From Paecilomyces variotii (taxonomy: Eukaryota), in the NCBI GenBank assembly GCA_004022145.1, contig RCNU01000004.1: a stretch of DNA of 64,000 nt; one strand, 5' to 3'. The notes beneath the pieces are model-generated. The model saw only the letters and a program-made list of their open reading frames with translations. It did not search any database and was not told where the DNA came from. The first letter of the stretch is position 1; every line of letters starts with the position of its first letter. This document shows, one piece after another, positions 12,673 through 26,635 of the stretch. The translations under genes and the position numbers were made by a program.

Positions 12673-14555
12673 TTTGGTGGCCCCAGTAGCTGTGGTGCGG
12701 GACAGTAACTGATCCTTATCGAGGAGAGATGGTACTTTGGGCGTTGTACATCTCTTTTCAAGCTGAGAACTAAGTTGAAATGCTTTCTTTCCCCCCAAGA
12801 ATATCAATTGAGTAGCAAAGAGCAATGCTCGACTTGTCGGTTTAAGGACGGGGCTCGGACATTCGGTGGTTCGTCATCGAAGTCAATTCCGAGTATTTTA
12901 CAGCAAGTTGGCGTTTCTACCTAGATTATCAGTATCCAGGTGCCTGTTACACTGGATTTTATCAGAGAGATGACCCGACGTGTATCCGTAGGTACTATAT
13001 CCGTAGGTTTCTATCCTGATAACGTACGTACCTTGATGATATAGACTGGATGGGCGGTGAGATTCACCCGGTCGCATGCGCGGGCACCCCAAAGCATCTA
13101 CGAGTCGCTCGGCACTAGATTGGCACCTTAAAAAAAATGTAAACAACCTTAAAGTTGGATCCAATGGAAGCTAGCATAAACTAGATGTTTTAGAGCACAA
13201 TAGAATAATCACATATGTCTAGCGGTAAACCAGGCACTCTCACACAGGACGACGATATATCGTTGATGGGGCTCATTCCTCTTCGGCGCCAATGACGCAA
13301 CGGACGATGATACCGACTTTCAACGTTATCCCAAGAACGTCGACGTGGCGCCGTATCGTTTAGAGATCAGCAGCCGCTTAATGATACCTAGTACAACTTA
13401 AGAGTAGAGTAGGACGGGTGAAATTTTTCATGAGAGCATCTTGTCTGGCACCGCTGGTGCATTTGGAATCAATTCTTCGCGAAACAATATGGGGAACTAT
13501 TTCTGTCAGGGCAGAAGCTGGGCGAAATCAAGCGTCTCGTGTATTTTCTAGAGCAGTCGAAATAATGTTTTAGAGGAGGCACCGTACCCGCAGCAATTCT
13601 TGTGGGGCAGGCCCTAGCTAAAGAAGATACACTAAAGCAATTCATTATGTGGGTATTTGTTGAAGCAGTGGACCTCGAAGCTCGTACCTACTTTTAAATC
13701 AATTTGGAGCTTGGGTAGATGCTGAGTAAAGAACTGAAATCTTGTCGTATCACCCTCAGGACTTCTGCTTTCCAGCACTTTCTGTTACGGTAAACGCGTC
13801 TGCTGACCTTGGGACGCCACAATTGAACAGCTTACCCAGTGTTTCAGGTTCGAGATCTTGCAGACTATCGTAACACTCAGTGCACAGCCAGGTAATAATG
13901 TAACCTGTAGAAATCAGCAACTAACGGTGATCTCTCTGGCTCTGTCCACCAATCATTCCCCTAGCCTGATTCATGCCCAGAGAGCAATGCGAGGCGCGCA
14001 TCAAGTCCCCGGTTACCCTTAGTGAGTATCGGGCACCACTGGCAACGACATCTGCGTATGTGGCTGGTTGATGGCCAATGATTAGAATGATTGCTTCTGC
14101 AGAGGTACTGGTTTCTTGGGAGTAACATGATACTTGTAACAAATCATCCATATTATAGCAAGGGAGTTGCGTCGCGGAATGATGCCTGCGCAGTGAGGAG
14201 AAACGCTGTCTCCCAGGACTCATCCTGGATAGTTTGAGTGCAACTGCTAGTGACTAAAAAAAAGCACGCCAACAAATGTTAGTCCTGTCGACCAACTCCA
14301 GAGACGGAACCTTCCAGAGTGGACAATCAACAGTCCTTTAGTCTTTGCATTAGCTTGCGCAAGATTTAAGACACCATCCGCTGCTGTCTGCGGTGCCTGG
14401 CTTTTTCTCCTGTCTTATCCTCTGCATCCCCATCCAGAGACTCCTCATCTAGCTATACGCCCTCCTTTACGTGTCCACTGACTCCATTTCAGAGGTCATA
14501 GCTCCATCCAAAGCAACATCCACTTGGGCTATTGCGCATCAGCACACACGTCAAG

Positions 14556-15322
14556 ATGCCGCTGATTTCGCGCGTAGTGTCCATTTTCCTGCGCATCGGA
14601 GAGATTGGTTTCGGTGCTGTGAGTCACGCCTGCAATGAGTTGACTATCTCACTTTACTAACAGCAAACCCCAACTCGTTAGATCGTTGCTGGTATTATTG
14701 GATGGTATCTCCACAAGTATGACAGTGCCCATTCATGGCCCCGAGCACGCTGGATCTACACAGAAGTAGTCGCTGGGTTATCGGTCTTGCTTGGACTTCT
14801 CTGGCTTATACCTTTCGCGTCATCTTTCTTTGTCTGGCCTAGTAAGTCAAACATGTGCAATCATCTCTGTTGCTCTATTTCTAACCAGGGACCTCACAGT
14901 CGATGTCATACTGGGACTCGCTTGGTTTGCAGCGTTCGGTGTACTAGTCGATGCGCTCGAGGATAGCAGCTGCTGGTATGGTCCATGGGAAGCCATAAGC
15001 TGGGACGGGAGAACATACCTCAGCTATAACAGCAGTTGTGCACGCTGGAAGGCTGCAGAGGCTTTCAGCTTTTTGTCCGCTGTTTTCTGGCTTGCATCTG
15101 GCCTGGTGGTAAGTATTTTCTGTTTTCGTCGCTCTCACTCAAGTTATCTATGCAGGATGATACTGATCAATCACCTCCTGCAGGGGATTTGGTTCGTCTT
15201 CCGCGTGCGCTCAGCTCGCGCCGATGCAGTGTAAGTAGCACCATTCTCTACTCGGCCATCCCAATTACTTACAGTGAGCTAGTCCCGTCCGCCGTCGCTG
15301 GTATAGTCGCCACTACGTCTAG
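14556..15322 (+). CDS. MARVEL-domain four-TM membrane protein, multi-exon
   Basis: MPLISRVVSIFLRIGEIGFGA...IYTEVVAGLS...CARWKAAEAFSFLSAVFWL...RRRWYSRHYV*. Confidence 0.82.
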
Positions 15323-16244
15323 GGCAGCGTAATGCAGCCTACTAGGGCCTGCAACCAACTCTCGAGCATTCCATTCCTGGATGCACTAGTTTGACAGCAG
15401 TCAACTTCGAGGGATGGTGGGAACGGTCTGGTTTATAATAGGTGGTCATCTCCTCGATACCCTGATATTCACGAACATTTATGGCGATGCTTATGTCCAC
15501 ATTTATCTCGAGCACACAGTTCTATTTGCCTTTCTCGCTCATGGGTGGTGATGGGAAGGCGAGAAGCGAACGATGATGATCTACGAGGATCGAGAGTTCC
15601 ACATCTCTGATCTATCATATGATTTTCTTTCTTGATACCCCTCAATATGGCTCCCTTTACTATGTTTCTTACGCCCCTTAATGAGATAGTATTTAATGAC
15701 AATTCCTTTAGTATCGTAATAATGACTTACTAGCAACTGCCCGTATTGTCACAGTGGTGTTGCCGATTTGCAGTCATAATAACGCTCCATACAGAACCTT
15801 TGCATCTCTGCCATTTTTTTTTTTATATCGGATACAAGAAGAAAAGAAAGCTTCCAGCCATTAACTAGGTATGATGCATTTAAACATACTGCGACTTTGA
15901 CGGTGGTGGAGATTATACTGGCCCTGATTGATTGATAAGGCTCGTCAGTGAGCACGTATAAAAGCGACCGGCATTCTTTCAATCTTGGAACATCTCTCGA
16001 CGAGCATGATAGCCCAGAAGCAATATTAAATAATGCTTGCTTAAACCTGTGTTGATGCCTGGCAACAGACCAGACCGCCTTCCTGAACAGGATAAATCCC
16101 TACCCCGGATATTCCAGGCGGTGAGACTAAGGGACACCTAATTCTGCCGGGACAAAGCAGACCCTGAAACAGTCTCGGCGATCATAATTCTCGCGTGATG
16201 TAGAAAAAAACACATCAAGCAAATCCAAAGAACAACTTAGAACC

Positions 16245-18313
16245 ATGGTCCTAAGCGAAGGGCCAACGAATAGTCTATCTGCAGATTATACTGGCTTAGC
16301 TGAGCGCGAGCGGGGCTACCCCCTGCAAGATTTGGAGATTGGAGGAGGTTCCGGCAGTAGTGGTGAGTATGTGAATGTCCCTCGCCGCGAAAGTGCGGAT
16401 TCTGCTCCATCTCAAGATGGCATCGAGGAAGACCATCGAGATGACGAGCATGATGCGCCTTTGCTTCCTACCACTGCCCCGGTGCGCTCTGAAACACACT
16501 GGGGTTCCAACAGTAAAGGCAAACGCGGATGTTTGGGGTCAATCGTGGGATGGTTTAAGGGGCCAGATCCACCGCATAAATTCAAGATCGAGCCCTTCTT
16601 CCCCAACTTCCAGATCGTCCCTATTCGCTTGGTGGATAGCTGTCTGCCAAGCCGTGCTTTGAAGATCTGGGGAGTTCTGGCGTTTCATGTGATGTGGGTG
16701 CTTTTGTTCTTTTCCATCCTGCACGCCTCTGTTACGAGTTCTGCCATTCCTGGATATGGAGTTCCTGCCCGACTTTCTTGCACGACTAGACTTTGGTAAG
16801 GCATGCCTAAAATGTGAAGATCTTATTATCATCAGCTGTAAGACTGACCATTTATTCCAGGCCAAATTCGAAATCGTGTGGACTCAATGGTGACTTCTGT
16901 CGACCATTCGACAATAGCAGTTTCGCATTCCGCTGCTCAGCAGGCTGCAAGTCAACCATGGTTCTCGAGCCCTACGCTGTAGGAGCCCAGGAGATTAACT
17001 ATCAAAGTTTAGTCATTGGAGGTACTCCTGGCGACCAGCCATCCCAAGGCGGCATCTACCGAGGCGACTCTTTCATCTGCGCAGCAGCCATGCATGCTGG
17101 TATTATCGATGATCGGAAGGGAGGTTGCGGTGTACTACATCGCGCTGGACAGCAGACTGATTTTGGGAGTGTTAAGAAACATGGCATCTCAAGTATCTCA
17201 TTTCCGTCTCACTTTCCGCTATCCTTCTACTTCGGAAGGGAGTCGTCAGCGACGAAGTCCGCACCAAAATGTACGGACGAACGATGGCCGTTATTCACAA
17301 TCTCCGTCATCTCTACCTGTATACTGAGCCTCTTCACAACTTCACCGGCAGTGTTCTACACTTCGACCTTTGTCATAGTCTGGTTCCAGGTGGCCCTCTC
17401 TTCGGATCCTCCCTTTTTCCAGGATTACTACGAAGTCGTCTCTCTAGGACTCGGTCGTTTCCTCCCAGCAGCATTCGTCGGCTTCGCTATTTATTATTTC
17501 TGCGTCCGTCATACGTTGAAGGACCTGACCGCGCAATGGGAGAAGACCATCCTTTGGCTGAGCGGCTGCTGGGTAGCCGCCCTGGACAATTACACGTTCG
17601 ACAGACTCCCTATTTCGCGTCTCACGCCACACGATATCAAGCAACAACCGGGTGCGATCCCAGTTTTGATCATAATTGTTGCTATCCTCGTCACTGCCGT
17701 GATTACCCAAGCCTTGGCATTCAGAAAAGAAGGCCGACTACCGCGTTATCTACTCTTATATGGTGTCATGGCCTGTGGTATCCTTGCCATGGTCGCAGTG
17801 CCCCAGATGAACCTGCGCATCCACCATTATATCCTCGGCCTTCTCTTCTTGCCCGGAACGGCAATCCAGACTCGTCCAAGTCTCCTCTACCAAGGCCTCC
17901 TGGTTGGCCTCTTCATCAATGGCGTTGCTCGCTGGGGCTTCGATAGCATCCTCCAGACACCCGGCGCGCTTCTCGCGGACGCCCAGCTAGGAAGTATCCT
18001 CCCGAATATTACCGCTCCTGTGATCAGCTACAGCGCGCAAGAGATCACCTTCCAATTTGATAATCTAGCAAGAGAAGCAGATGGAATCAGCGTCATTGTG
18101 AATGACGTTGAGCGTTTCCATGGCTACAAAGAAGCCGATGGGGGCGTAGAATCCTTCACGTGGACGAGACAGGAACAGGGACTTCCAGAGTTCTTTCGCT
18201 TTGGGTACATGAAGATGAATCCCTTGGGTGGAACATTATATCAGGATTTTACAAAAGCCGGCATTTGGGAAGCGAATGGTAGTTGGGTGCATATGGAGCC
18301 CGGACCGAGCTGA
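16245..18313 (+). CDS. LCCL-domain multi-pass membrane protein, 2 exons
   Basis: YRGDSFICAAAMHAGII..GG LCCL motif; LRIHHYILGLL; several TM helices. Confidence 0.85.
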
Positions 18314-18722
18314 TAAATCGTGAGCGCGGCATTTTATATCGGGCTCTATAATAGATTCGTTTCCCCGCCTTCTTCTTGGGTTTTTATATTGAATAACAGA
18401 TAGGCTAGATAGACTGTACAGCTAGAGCAAGTTTGATTTCGTATATATTGAAAATAGGTCTTATACCCTTCGAAGCGATACCCAATGATAGTATATGCGC
18501 CAATTCAATCCCTAATGCTCGATGGTACACCCAACCCCAATCAAGCCAGCCAAAAAGAGCCTCTATGTGGAATAATAGTACAGTCACCCAAAAAAACCAC
18601 AGACCATATGTATGTTGAAACAACGCTCAGTCGTATGAGCAGAATACAAAAAAAAAAAAAAGAAAGAAAGAAAGAAAGCAAGTTAGAATAGGACGAGGCT
18701 ATTTTGGAGCTTGCCTGCGCTT

Positions 18723-20158
18723 TTAACCTTCAAGGTAATTGGAGCATTTCACCGAGACGGTGTGTTGCTTACCGCCATCTTCGATGACCATTGCAGTGAG
18801 CTTTCCACCTTTGACACATCCGGAGTCGAGACCCTTGGTGTACTTCTTGATATTCAGACCAGATGCGGCGTCGTGGCCGTAGATTACGGTCATCATTCTA
18901 GATTTCGCGTTCGGGACGGTTCGTTTGATTTCAGAGTAAAGCATAGACGAGTACTTATTGAAGACCTACATTTGGTTAGAATGAAAGCCACCGACGCATG
19001 GTGCGTATGTCAAGGGGTACGCAGATAAAAGATAAAGGAAGGAAGCTCACCTTAGTCCACGGCATGCCATCTCTAGACGGACTTGGAACGTGGGTGTCCA
19101 AGTCAATCGTCCGCATGTTCATCACGCTGGAAGGATCTTGTCTGTCGAGATCAACCCCAGGCACCAAACCCCCATGGACGACGACCACTTGCCCCATGTC
19201 CTTGATTTGTCCTAACTTCAAGATCACGGGGCAAGCCTCGAGCCAATCTGCCTCGTCATCGTTCAGTTGTTTTGCGAGTTTTCGCTCAGTGTAATGGCCA
19301 CTGGAGATGGTATCCTTGTCCAACTCATCTGGCTGCGCCAGAGTATTGGAATCCTTCATCTGCTGACGCAGCAGTAAGATTCTGTCTTCGTGGTTACCAC
19401 GCACACAGGAGGCATAGTGTTGACGAGCAAAATCGACGACAGCCAAGCTCTGCGGTCCCTTGTTTATCATGTCACCGGTAAAGATCAGATGGTCGCCATT
19501 CGCGGGACTGAAGGCTACTTTTTCCATCAGCTGATCGACTATAGATCGAAATATCGTTAGTAATAACCCCGGCTTCACCGCAGGAAACATCGTGTCAGAA
19601 CATACGCTCATCTTTGCACCCGTGCACATCTCCGACGATTATCAGTCTCCTCCTATTCCTGTCCCCCGCTCTCAAGCGTTCATCCCCGGGCAGCAGGGAC
19701 GGATCCAACGTCCTCATATGAACGATGTCTGAAAATTTCGGTATAGCGTTTGTTCCGTACCAGCCACCGACACGGTCCTTCGTTTTTGCATCTAGCGACT
19801 TGACCAGTGCTTCGTTCTCCGCCATCTGAGGGGCCAGTATGCTCTTCCACGTAAGCCAGCACGTCACGAGCAAGACAAGATAGACGATAATATAACGCCT
19901 GAACCGCGGGGCCGTAACTATGGACGCCAATATCCGGAATCCCGTCGGGAATCGATCGGGCGACGGTGATTTAGAAGCATCTCGGTATTTTGGATTCGTC
20001 TGCCACTCGTTCTTGACATAATCGATCAGAGGGTGAGTGGTGCTTCGAGGATACGAAGAGACCGTAGGGTGAATGCCGTCGTCCGACTCGTCGCTGCTTT
20101 CGAGATCGTGAGGATCCGTATACGAATCCTCCTCCAAACTGTTCTTGCTTGCCATCAT
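18723..20158 (-). CDS. Calcineurin-like metallophosphoesterase with N-terminal TM (Ppn2/YNL217W-like), 3 exons
   Basis: GDVHG, GDMINKG, RGNHE, VHGG, YGHDA, GLDSGCV motifs. Confidence 0.87.
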
Positions 20159-20820
20159 TGTTGCATCCGTTCTGGCTGCTGCCAGTTATGAACCGCTGGG
20201 AAAGCGATCTCCGACCGTTCACGCCTCCTTCGTTCGGCCCTGCCAGTAACTAAAGGGTGCGGGAACTGGTAATTCGAAAGAGATGCTGTGAGAACCACCA
20301 GCGCCCCCGGGTAGCATTAATTACTTAATGACGTGTGGCTCCGTGAAATCTGGACTCGACAAAGGAGCTGGGACCGGCTGTAGGCGAACGGACTGCCCAG
20401 TCTGGTCCGGTCTCCGCTAGTGAATTGTAGATCGCAGTTTTGAATTCGGCGATGAAGATCCAATAATAATAATTATCACTGGAGGAATCTACGGTGATCA
20501 GCACAGCTCAAATTAAAATATGAAAGGACAAATACCATATATAAAAGGGTTCGTATCTGCTGGCCACCGTCTTTGGTCTCAAAACGCTTACTAAGACTTT
20601 GCGGCTTGGCGACAAAGGTAGCCCGCCAAGTCCGCCAGCCAAGAATCTCAGGGAGCTACAGCCTACAACGGACTTGTCAAGATGCAACAATGCACTCTGC
20701 TTATGACAATCACAATAAGTCTCTCCCATATATACAGTCATTCCTATCAGTATTCAATACTGAGGGGACTCTGAACTCTCTTACACATCTCAAGGTTATC
20801 GTACAGTCGATTCAAGTTGT

Positions 20821-22488
20821 CTACCTATATTTCTCGAACTCCTCTATCTCCCGCCTGCGTTGCTCAACCTTCAGCAGAATGTTTTTGTCGTATACTTCTT
20901 CCAGTCTCTTCTTCCCCTTCAGCACTTCCCGTTCATGCCGCGTAGCCTCATCCTTTGTCATACAGACCAGATTCTTCAGGTCCATCCGGACGTACTTCTG
21001 TCCCTCTTTGAGCCATTCCTTGTCAGCGCCGAATCCTCCAGCTGGAACTTCCCAGGGAACCAAGGTGACGCGACTGGGTAGGCCGCTAATGACACTCTTC
21101 CCTCTATATACCTCATCGAGAAGGAATGCAACGTCGTCTTTGCTGACGGGGATACGGAGACCATATGCGTCTTCGCCTGCTTCGTCTCGAGCCAGTCTCT
21201 CTGCTGTCGCTTGCAAGGCAGACAAGACACTGTCGTATGTCCTGTCTCTGCCCTTTACGCTGACACTGTAATCAAGGGGATATCCGGAGACCGTGCAGAT
21301 GACATGGTTCGCTATGGTGTATCCAAACACGGCAGGCATCGTTCCTAACACCGGAAGTATACGAACGCGGAAGTCGGGCAGCACACCCAACTCACCCACC
21401 TGTCCTTTCGCAAACTCATCCTCAGGGAGGGGCAGGAGAGAGGCCTTGCCAGGACCCGGCTTCTCAGTAGAAAAGACCACCGGAATACCAGAATTTACAC
21501 CAAGCGCCTTGAGCCGTCGTCGAGTACTGCGCGATAGAGGGTCATCTGTGCTTTGCGAGATATCGCCCACTACGACGCGAGTGGGGTCTGACTTGCAACC
21601 AGCACCCATGGATGAAACAACAGGTATAGAATTAGCATGACAATAATGAAGCAATTCCACCTTGGAAGTGATATTGTCAATGCAATCGATGACAAAGTCA
21701 GGTTTCCGGGGCCCGTGGCTTTCCAATTCCCAAGGGCCTAGGAGCTTGTCGGCTACAGACTTGCCGAAGAGTTCATTGTAGCAGTCAAATCTGACCCAAG
21801 GAGCGATCTGCTCCAGTCTCCTCCGTATACAGTGCACCTTTGGTGTACCGACGTCTGCCAAGGTTGCGACAGCATGTCGGTTCAAAGATGAAAGCGTGAC
21901 CTGGTCGAAATCAATTAGGCGGATTTTTCCAACTCCAGATCGAGCCAGAGCAGCAGTCGCATGCGATCCCACACCACCGCATCCCACGACGATTATAAAA
22001 GAAGATCGAAGTTTGGCAAGGCCTTCGTCAGTTAAAAATACACGGTTGCGAGCAAGCTGTTCAAGAATGAGATCTAAGAGACACATCATCAGTAAGGACG
22101 CACGTAAAGGTTGTCAATTAAGAGACCTCCTCACCTTCGTCATAATCACCCTCCTGTGCTCTTCGGGCAAGTGCCGCACTACGTTCATCTTCTTTGCTCA
22201 TCGATGGTGGAGTAGCCGTGCCATATTCCGACAGCTTTATTTCGATGCGTTAGTCGATTATTTCACAGGTATCCCCGCATGGTAGCTGTCTTCAGTCCAA
22301 CGAACCTTTTGCGCTTTATGCTGCTCACTAATAGGTGGAATGGAGGACTTTAGTTCCTTCACTGCTTCCCTCCGTTTGAGGGCCTGGTAACCAAGAATAG
22401 TACCAGCCACAGCAGCGCCAGACAATACTGCTGTAGCAGTAAGTTGGGTTTGCTGTGAGCCTAGCTGGCGCTGAAGCCAGGATGACAT
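20821..22488 (-). CDS. ThiF/E1-like tRNA threonylcarbamoyladenosine dehydratase (Tcd1/Tcd2-like), 3 exons
   Basis: VVGCGGVGSH, DFDQVTLSSLNRHA, DCIDNI, SMGAGCKSDPT, PVLGTMPAVFG; N-terminal hydrophobic anchor. Confidence 0.9.
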
Positions 22489-24137
22489 ATTTTCGTTAGT
22501 TTCCGAGTCCCGTGTATGTCTGCCCTCGTTTTCGTGTTCTCGAGTTCTCGTGTTGTTCTGCCTTTCGTAATAATCGTCCAAAGTATTCGTCGCCGTAGAC
22601 AAGACCGTCGTCACTGTCTTCTTCGTGATAGCTCGTTCGACGCCACGCTCTAGATCCTGAGGGATCCATGGCTGGGCTTAACGGAGAAAGAGAAAACGGC
22701 GGCCATTTTGGACAATATCGGACTGCGCAATTGTATACCTCACAAAGCTTCCAAGTGTGGCTCAATGCTGAAACCGCGGCAGCAACAGTGAGTCACGTGC
22801 CTCTGAAATTCCAGGTTTCGCTCTGACGTAAGTGAAATTGGGGGTTGTCGGAACGGACCGATGCGTTTTTCCGGCGCGTGTTCGACCGTTCCTCTTAGTG
22901 CATCAATGTTGGTCTCCTTTAAGAATGCACCAAGCAGGTGAGTACCAGGTCTCTCGATATTTCCTGTATGCGCTACGGCTAACCCTCCATTTATAGGCTT
23001 GCGTACCGCACTGCTGGTTGGTCTCCGTGACGATAAGACAAATGAGCTTCTCATGACGCGCTTTCAAGCGTGGACTTCATCCCTCGGTGCTCGTGAGCAT
23101 CGAGTGGAAGAAGACGCGTCGTTTATATTATACGGGCGCGGGTGATTGAGATAAGAACAGAGATCTTAGAGACTCAAAACCAGAGTGGTCTTTGCCTCTA
23201 GTGCTTGCATACACGTTGCTTGGACATGATCCTTCTTTGATGATGGAAGGCATGGCTAACGACACTTAGCTAACTAGTGGTCCTATTGCTCGTATCTCAT
23301 ACTTGTGTGATGTGTACAAGTATTGACGGTATTCCGTTCTTTCTTTTGAAGATTCCCCTCCAATCCCCCATGATGCCTATATGATGACAAATTTCAACCG
23401 CAAACTCTGAGGCAGATTCTTGCTCCGTGTGTCTGGCCCTTCGAAGGTGATCGCGTTGAAGCACGCCGTTGAGGAGTGGTTTTTAAGGTAGTTTTCAATC
23501 TGATAGGGCTAGGGACAGCTTGGAGGGAGTTACCCAAATCTCCAGTCTTCTTAAGTCTGCTCTCTCTCGCACATGGTTTGATCATTATCTGACTACATAT
23601 CTATCGTCCGCAGCTAACCTTCAGGAGATACAAATGCATCACTTCCAAATATAGCTTTTTACTGAAAGGCCTTTTGGCGAGGAATCAGTCACTCTACGCA
23701 TTTGCCGCGACATATTATGTTTTGTACCGGTTTATTGCGCCATGACCTTGCTCTATCGCTCCCCTCTTTCGCCTCATCCCCAAAGGCAATTCGACCCTTA
23801 TGGCAACTGTTCTTTGAATGGCATATTTGCCGCTTGTTTTAGACAATGATAGCATTTAGTTAGTTGCCCAGTGACGAGGCGATATGTCCAAAAGCCAAAG
23901 TTGCATGGTATCCGGCAAAACACAGACGTGCTTTAGCACGCTCGTACCCGCCTGGAAACCGATGAGAACCTGAGAGCTAATCTGAGGGCATTCAGCCGTT
24001 AATTTATCTTCTATGTCATATTCCATGATTCAGCAATCTCAAAATACTCCCAATTTTATTATTTGTTACTAACTATGTGTTTATAACATGCTCTAAATTT
24101 CTTGTAGATTCGTACTCTGCGATTCTGTACAAGAATA

Positions 24138-26171
24138 TCAATCTACATCCTCGGCCGTAAGGCGTTTGACCAAATTATGAAATGTGTTCATCGAATCCGC
24201 TGCACACCCAGCTTCCTCGTCAACTATATCACGCCGTTTTATAAGCGCTTTGGCAAGCCACCAGTGTTCTGTAGAAGCATGCACCACATATGCGGATCGA
24301 GATGCACCGGTGCACTCATGACGTGTATGGAACAAGTCCCATAGCATTTTCCATCTATCCAAAGCGCGATCTATCGGCCGAAATAGTTCTAGACTGGGAA
24401 AACAACTTCTCATTGAGAAGATTTCAAACAAGATAGATTGAAGCGCTTCGTGAATCGTTAGTAAACACGACCACTCGAGTCATTGGATGGAGCAACGCAC
24501 CGGACATAATTAAGAAAAGTGAAAATAAACTGTTGGTCTGCAGGAGTATCTCTTCCATTTGAACGGGGCTGTCATCCATCAGAAGCCGAAGTATTGACTT
24601 GAGAGACATAGGTTTAGGTCGATCTCTTATCTGGGATATAATGCGTTCTGAATCAAGTGGATCAGCTGCTTCGAAGAGTTCGTCATGCTGAGGGAGCCCA
24701 AAGTCTGCCTCAAAGATTTTGAACTGTGGCGGGCAACGGTAGAAGACAACCAAGTGGGTGTCAGCCAAGTACACCCATGAAATTATCCTACCAATAATGT
24801 CAGTGAAAGAAGCATTGCAGTAAACATACGATGAAACAACCTCACTAGAGTCTCTTTGTGCACATAATCTTGTAGAACAAACTCTTTGCTACTGAGAGGA
24901 GTATTGTTGATCGCTTGTGTCAGTCTTAGTGATCGAATAACCGACACCAACGAGGGGAATCGCTGGATCCGAATTCTTCTTTTGAATTCGACTTGATCAC
25001 TGGCTGATTGTAAGTACATCACGATGATTGCTGCCTGGACAAGTTCAATATTTTTTCTCGACTGGGGTGGATTCTCGTCATGATACAGAAGTTGATGAAA
25101 TCCAGTATTTTCGAACACCAGATATTCAGCAACTGTCAAATATTGTTCTGCGAGAGCAGCATCGGCGGGTGAAGCACAAGTTGCACCGAGAAGTACAACC
25201 GCCAAGAGAAGAGCAGTCGAAACAGTGTTCACATTGAATGATGCCTCATGGACGAAACGATCACTGGTATAACAGTGTTGGAAAAACGAGGTGACAAACT
25301 TGAGAAGATTTGACGATGAGAAGAATGCTTCCGCTTTGACTAAGTCAGGTTTGATGCCTGGCAAGTGTGTCTGATACTGTTTGAGTTCCGTCAATAATCG
25401 GTCAATCGCCCCTGGTATATTCTCGGATTCATTGCATCCGTAAGTGAGTCCTGTTTCTTGAGAAGGCGGGCCTAGTGCAGAGGTATCTATGAAGTCATGG
25501 AATATGGACTGCCAAAATCCTGTGTTGTTGCCCTGATGATAATTCTGCACTGAGCTCTCCGGCACAGGCGCATCATCATTCTTCCTGGTCAGGAATTGTA
25601 GCAGGTCATAGGATGATCTGTGTACCGGGTCTGTATAGTTGAGAAGGAAAGAAATAGTGATCCTCTGAGGCCTTGAGTCACTTTCTTCTTGTGATGAGGC
25701 ACAGGGGTTATTAGCTTGCTGCAGACGATTGTATGAACAATCTAACTTCCTCGCAAGGCATGTTTCGCATGGTAGCTCCCCATCGCACACCATCCGACTT
25801 TGTGCACATGAATCGCAAGCTTTCCGTTTCCTGCCGCGCGTTGGCTGGGAAAGCACTGCGCGCGTGTCCTTGTGTTTGCAAGTCCGAGAGTGACGGCGCA
25901 ATACATCACTGTCAAATCTCATGAGACGCAAGTTCGACCGATCATATAAACAAGAGATATTGCATACCTTCTCAAAAACCGTCGATTGCAGAAACCACAC
26001 GTTGCCCGGGGAGTTGAAGAATCTGAGGATGGCCTCGTCAGTGCCTCAAGTCTTATAGCTTGAGCTTAGATTCTTACGCGTTGCTTCATGACGCCGTAAA
26101 TGACTAGCATTCGAGTAATGCCGGCCACATCTGGTACATTTGTACTGCGTATTTGGATTATTAGTTCCCAT
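24138..26171 (-). CDS. Transcription factor with two classical zinc fingers, a Zn2Cys6 cluster and a fungal TF middle domain, 5 exons
   Basis: Spliced N-terminus MGTNNPNTQYKCTRCGRHYSNASHLRRHEATH...CGFCNRRFLRSDVLRRHSRTC, then ACDSCAQSRMVCDGELPCETCLARKLDCSY. Confidence 0.87.
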
Positions 26172-26635
26172 TTTATCCCTTCGTTTAAGACGATAGACGA
26201 GAAAAGATATCCTAAAGTCAATGTCAACCAGGCTCTCGGCAACTCGGATGATTGGTCCCGTTGCATTATTACCTTCACAACTAGACCATAGTTCAAGCGC
26301 GAGTATATCTCACCCCAACATTAATTATTAGACTAAAATGGAAAATGGCACATGAATTTGTATCTATGCAAGAGAAGGGCCACCACAGACGTTTATGGAT
26401 AGTCATGATCCGATATTGCCTATCTTAGTCGGGAAAACCCACATAGTTGGGATAAACCCACATTGCTCCAGCTAAGCATATAGTAACTTGCAGGAAATCC
26501 GGACATAGATGTAGCTATCAGTTCTGCAAGTAGGAATCTGTTCATTATCAATTGACTGTGAGAGTTTTCCTTGACTTGATCAACAGCTGTATAGGTACCT
26601 ACTCTTTCTCCTTCGAACTTAGAGTACTTGGAAGA

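Noticed and set aside
13270-13400. FGANDA peptide resembling GDSL esterase block III
   Set aside because: Short, bounded by stops, and no other GDSL blocks found.
17269-17946. Long alternative-frame and antisense ORFs (also 20573-21271 and 32313-33014)
   Set aside because: Shadows of real CDSs with no domain signal.
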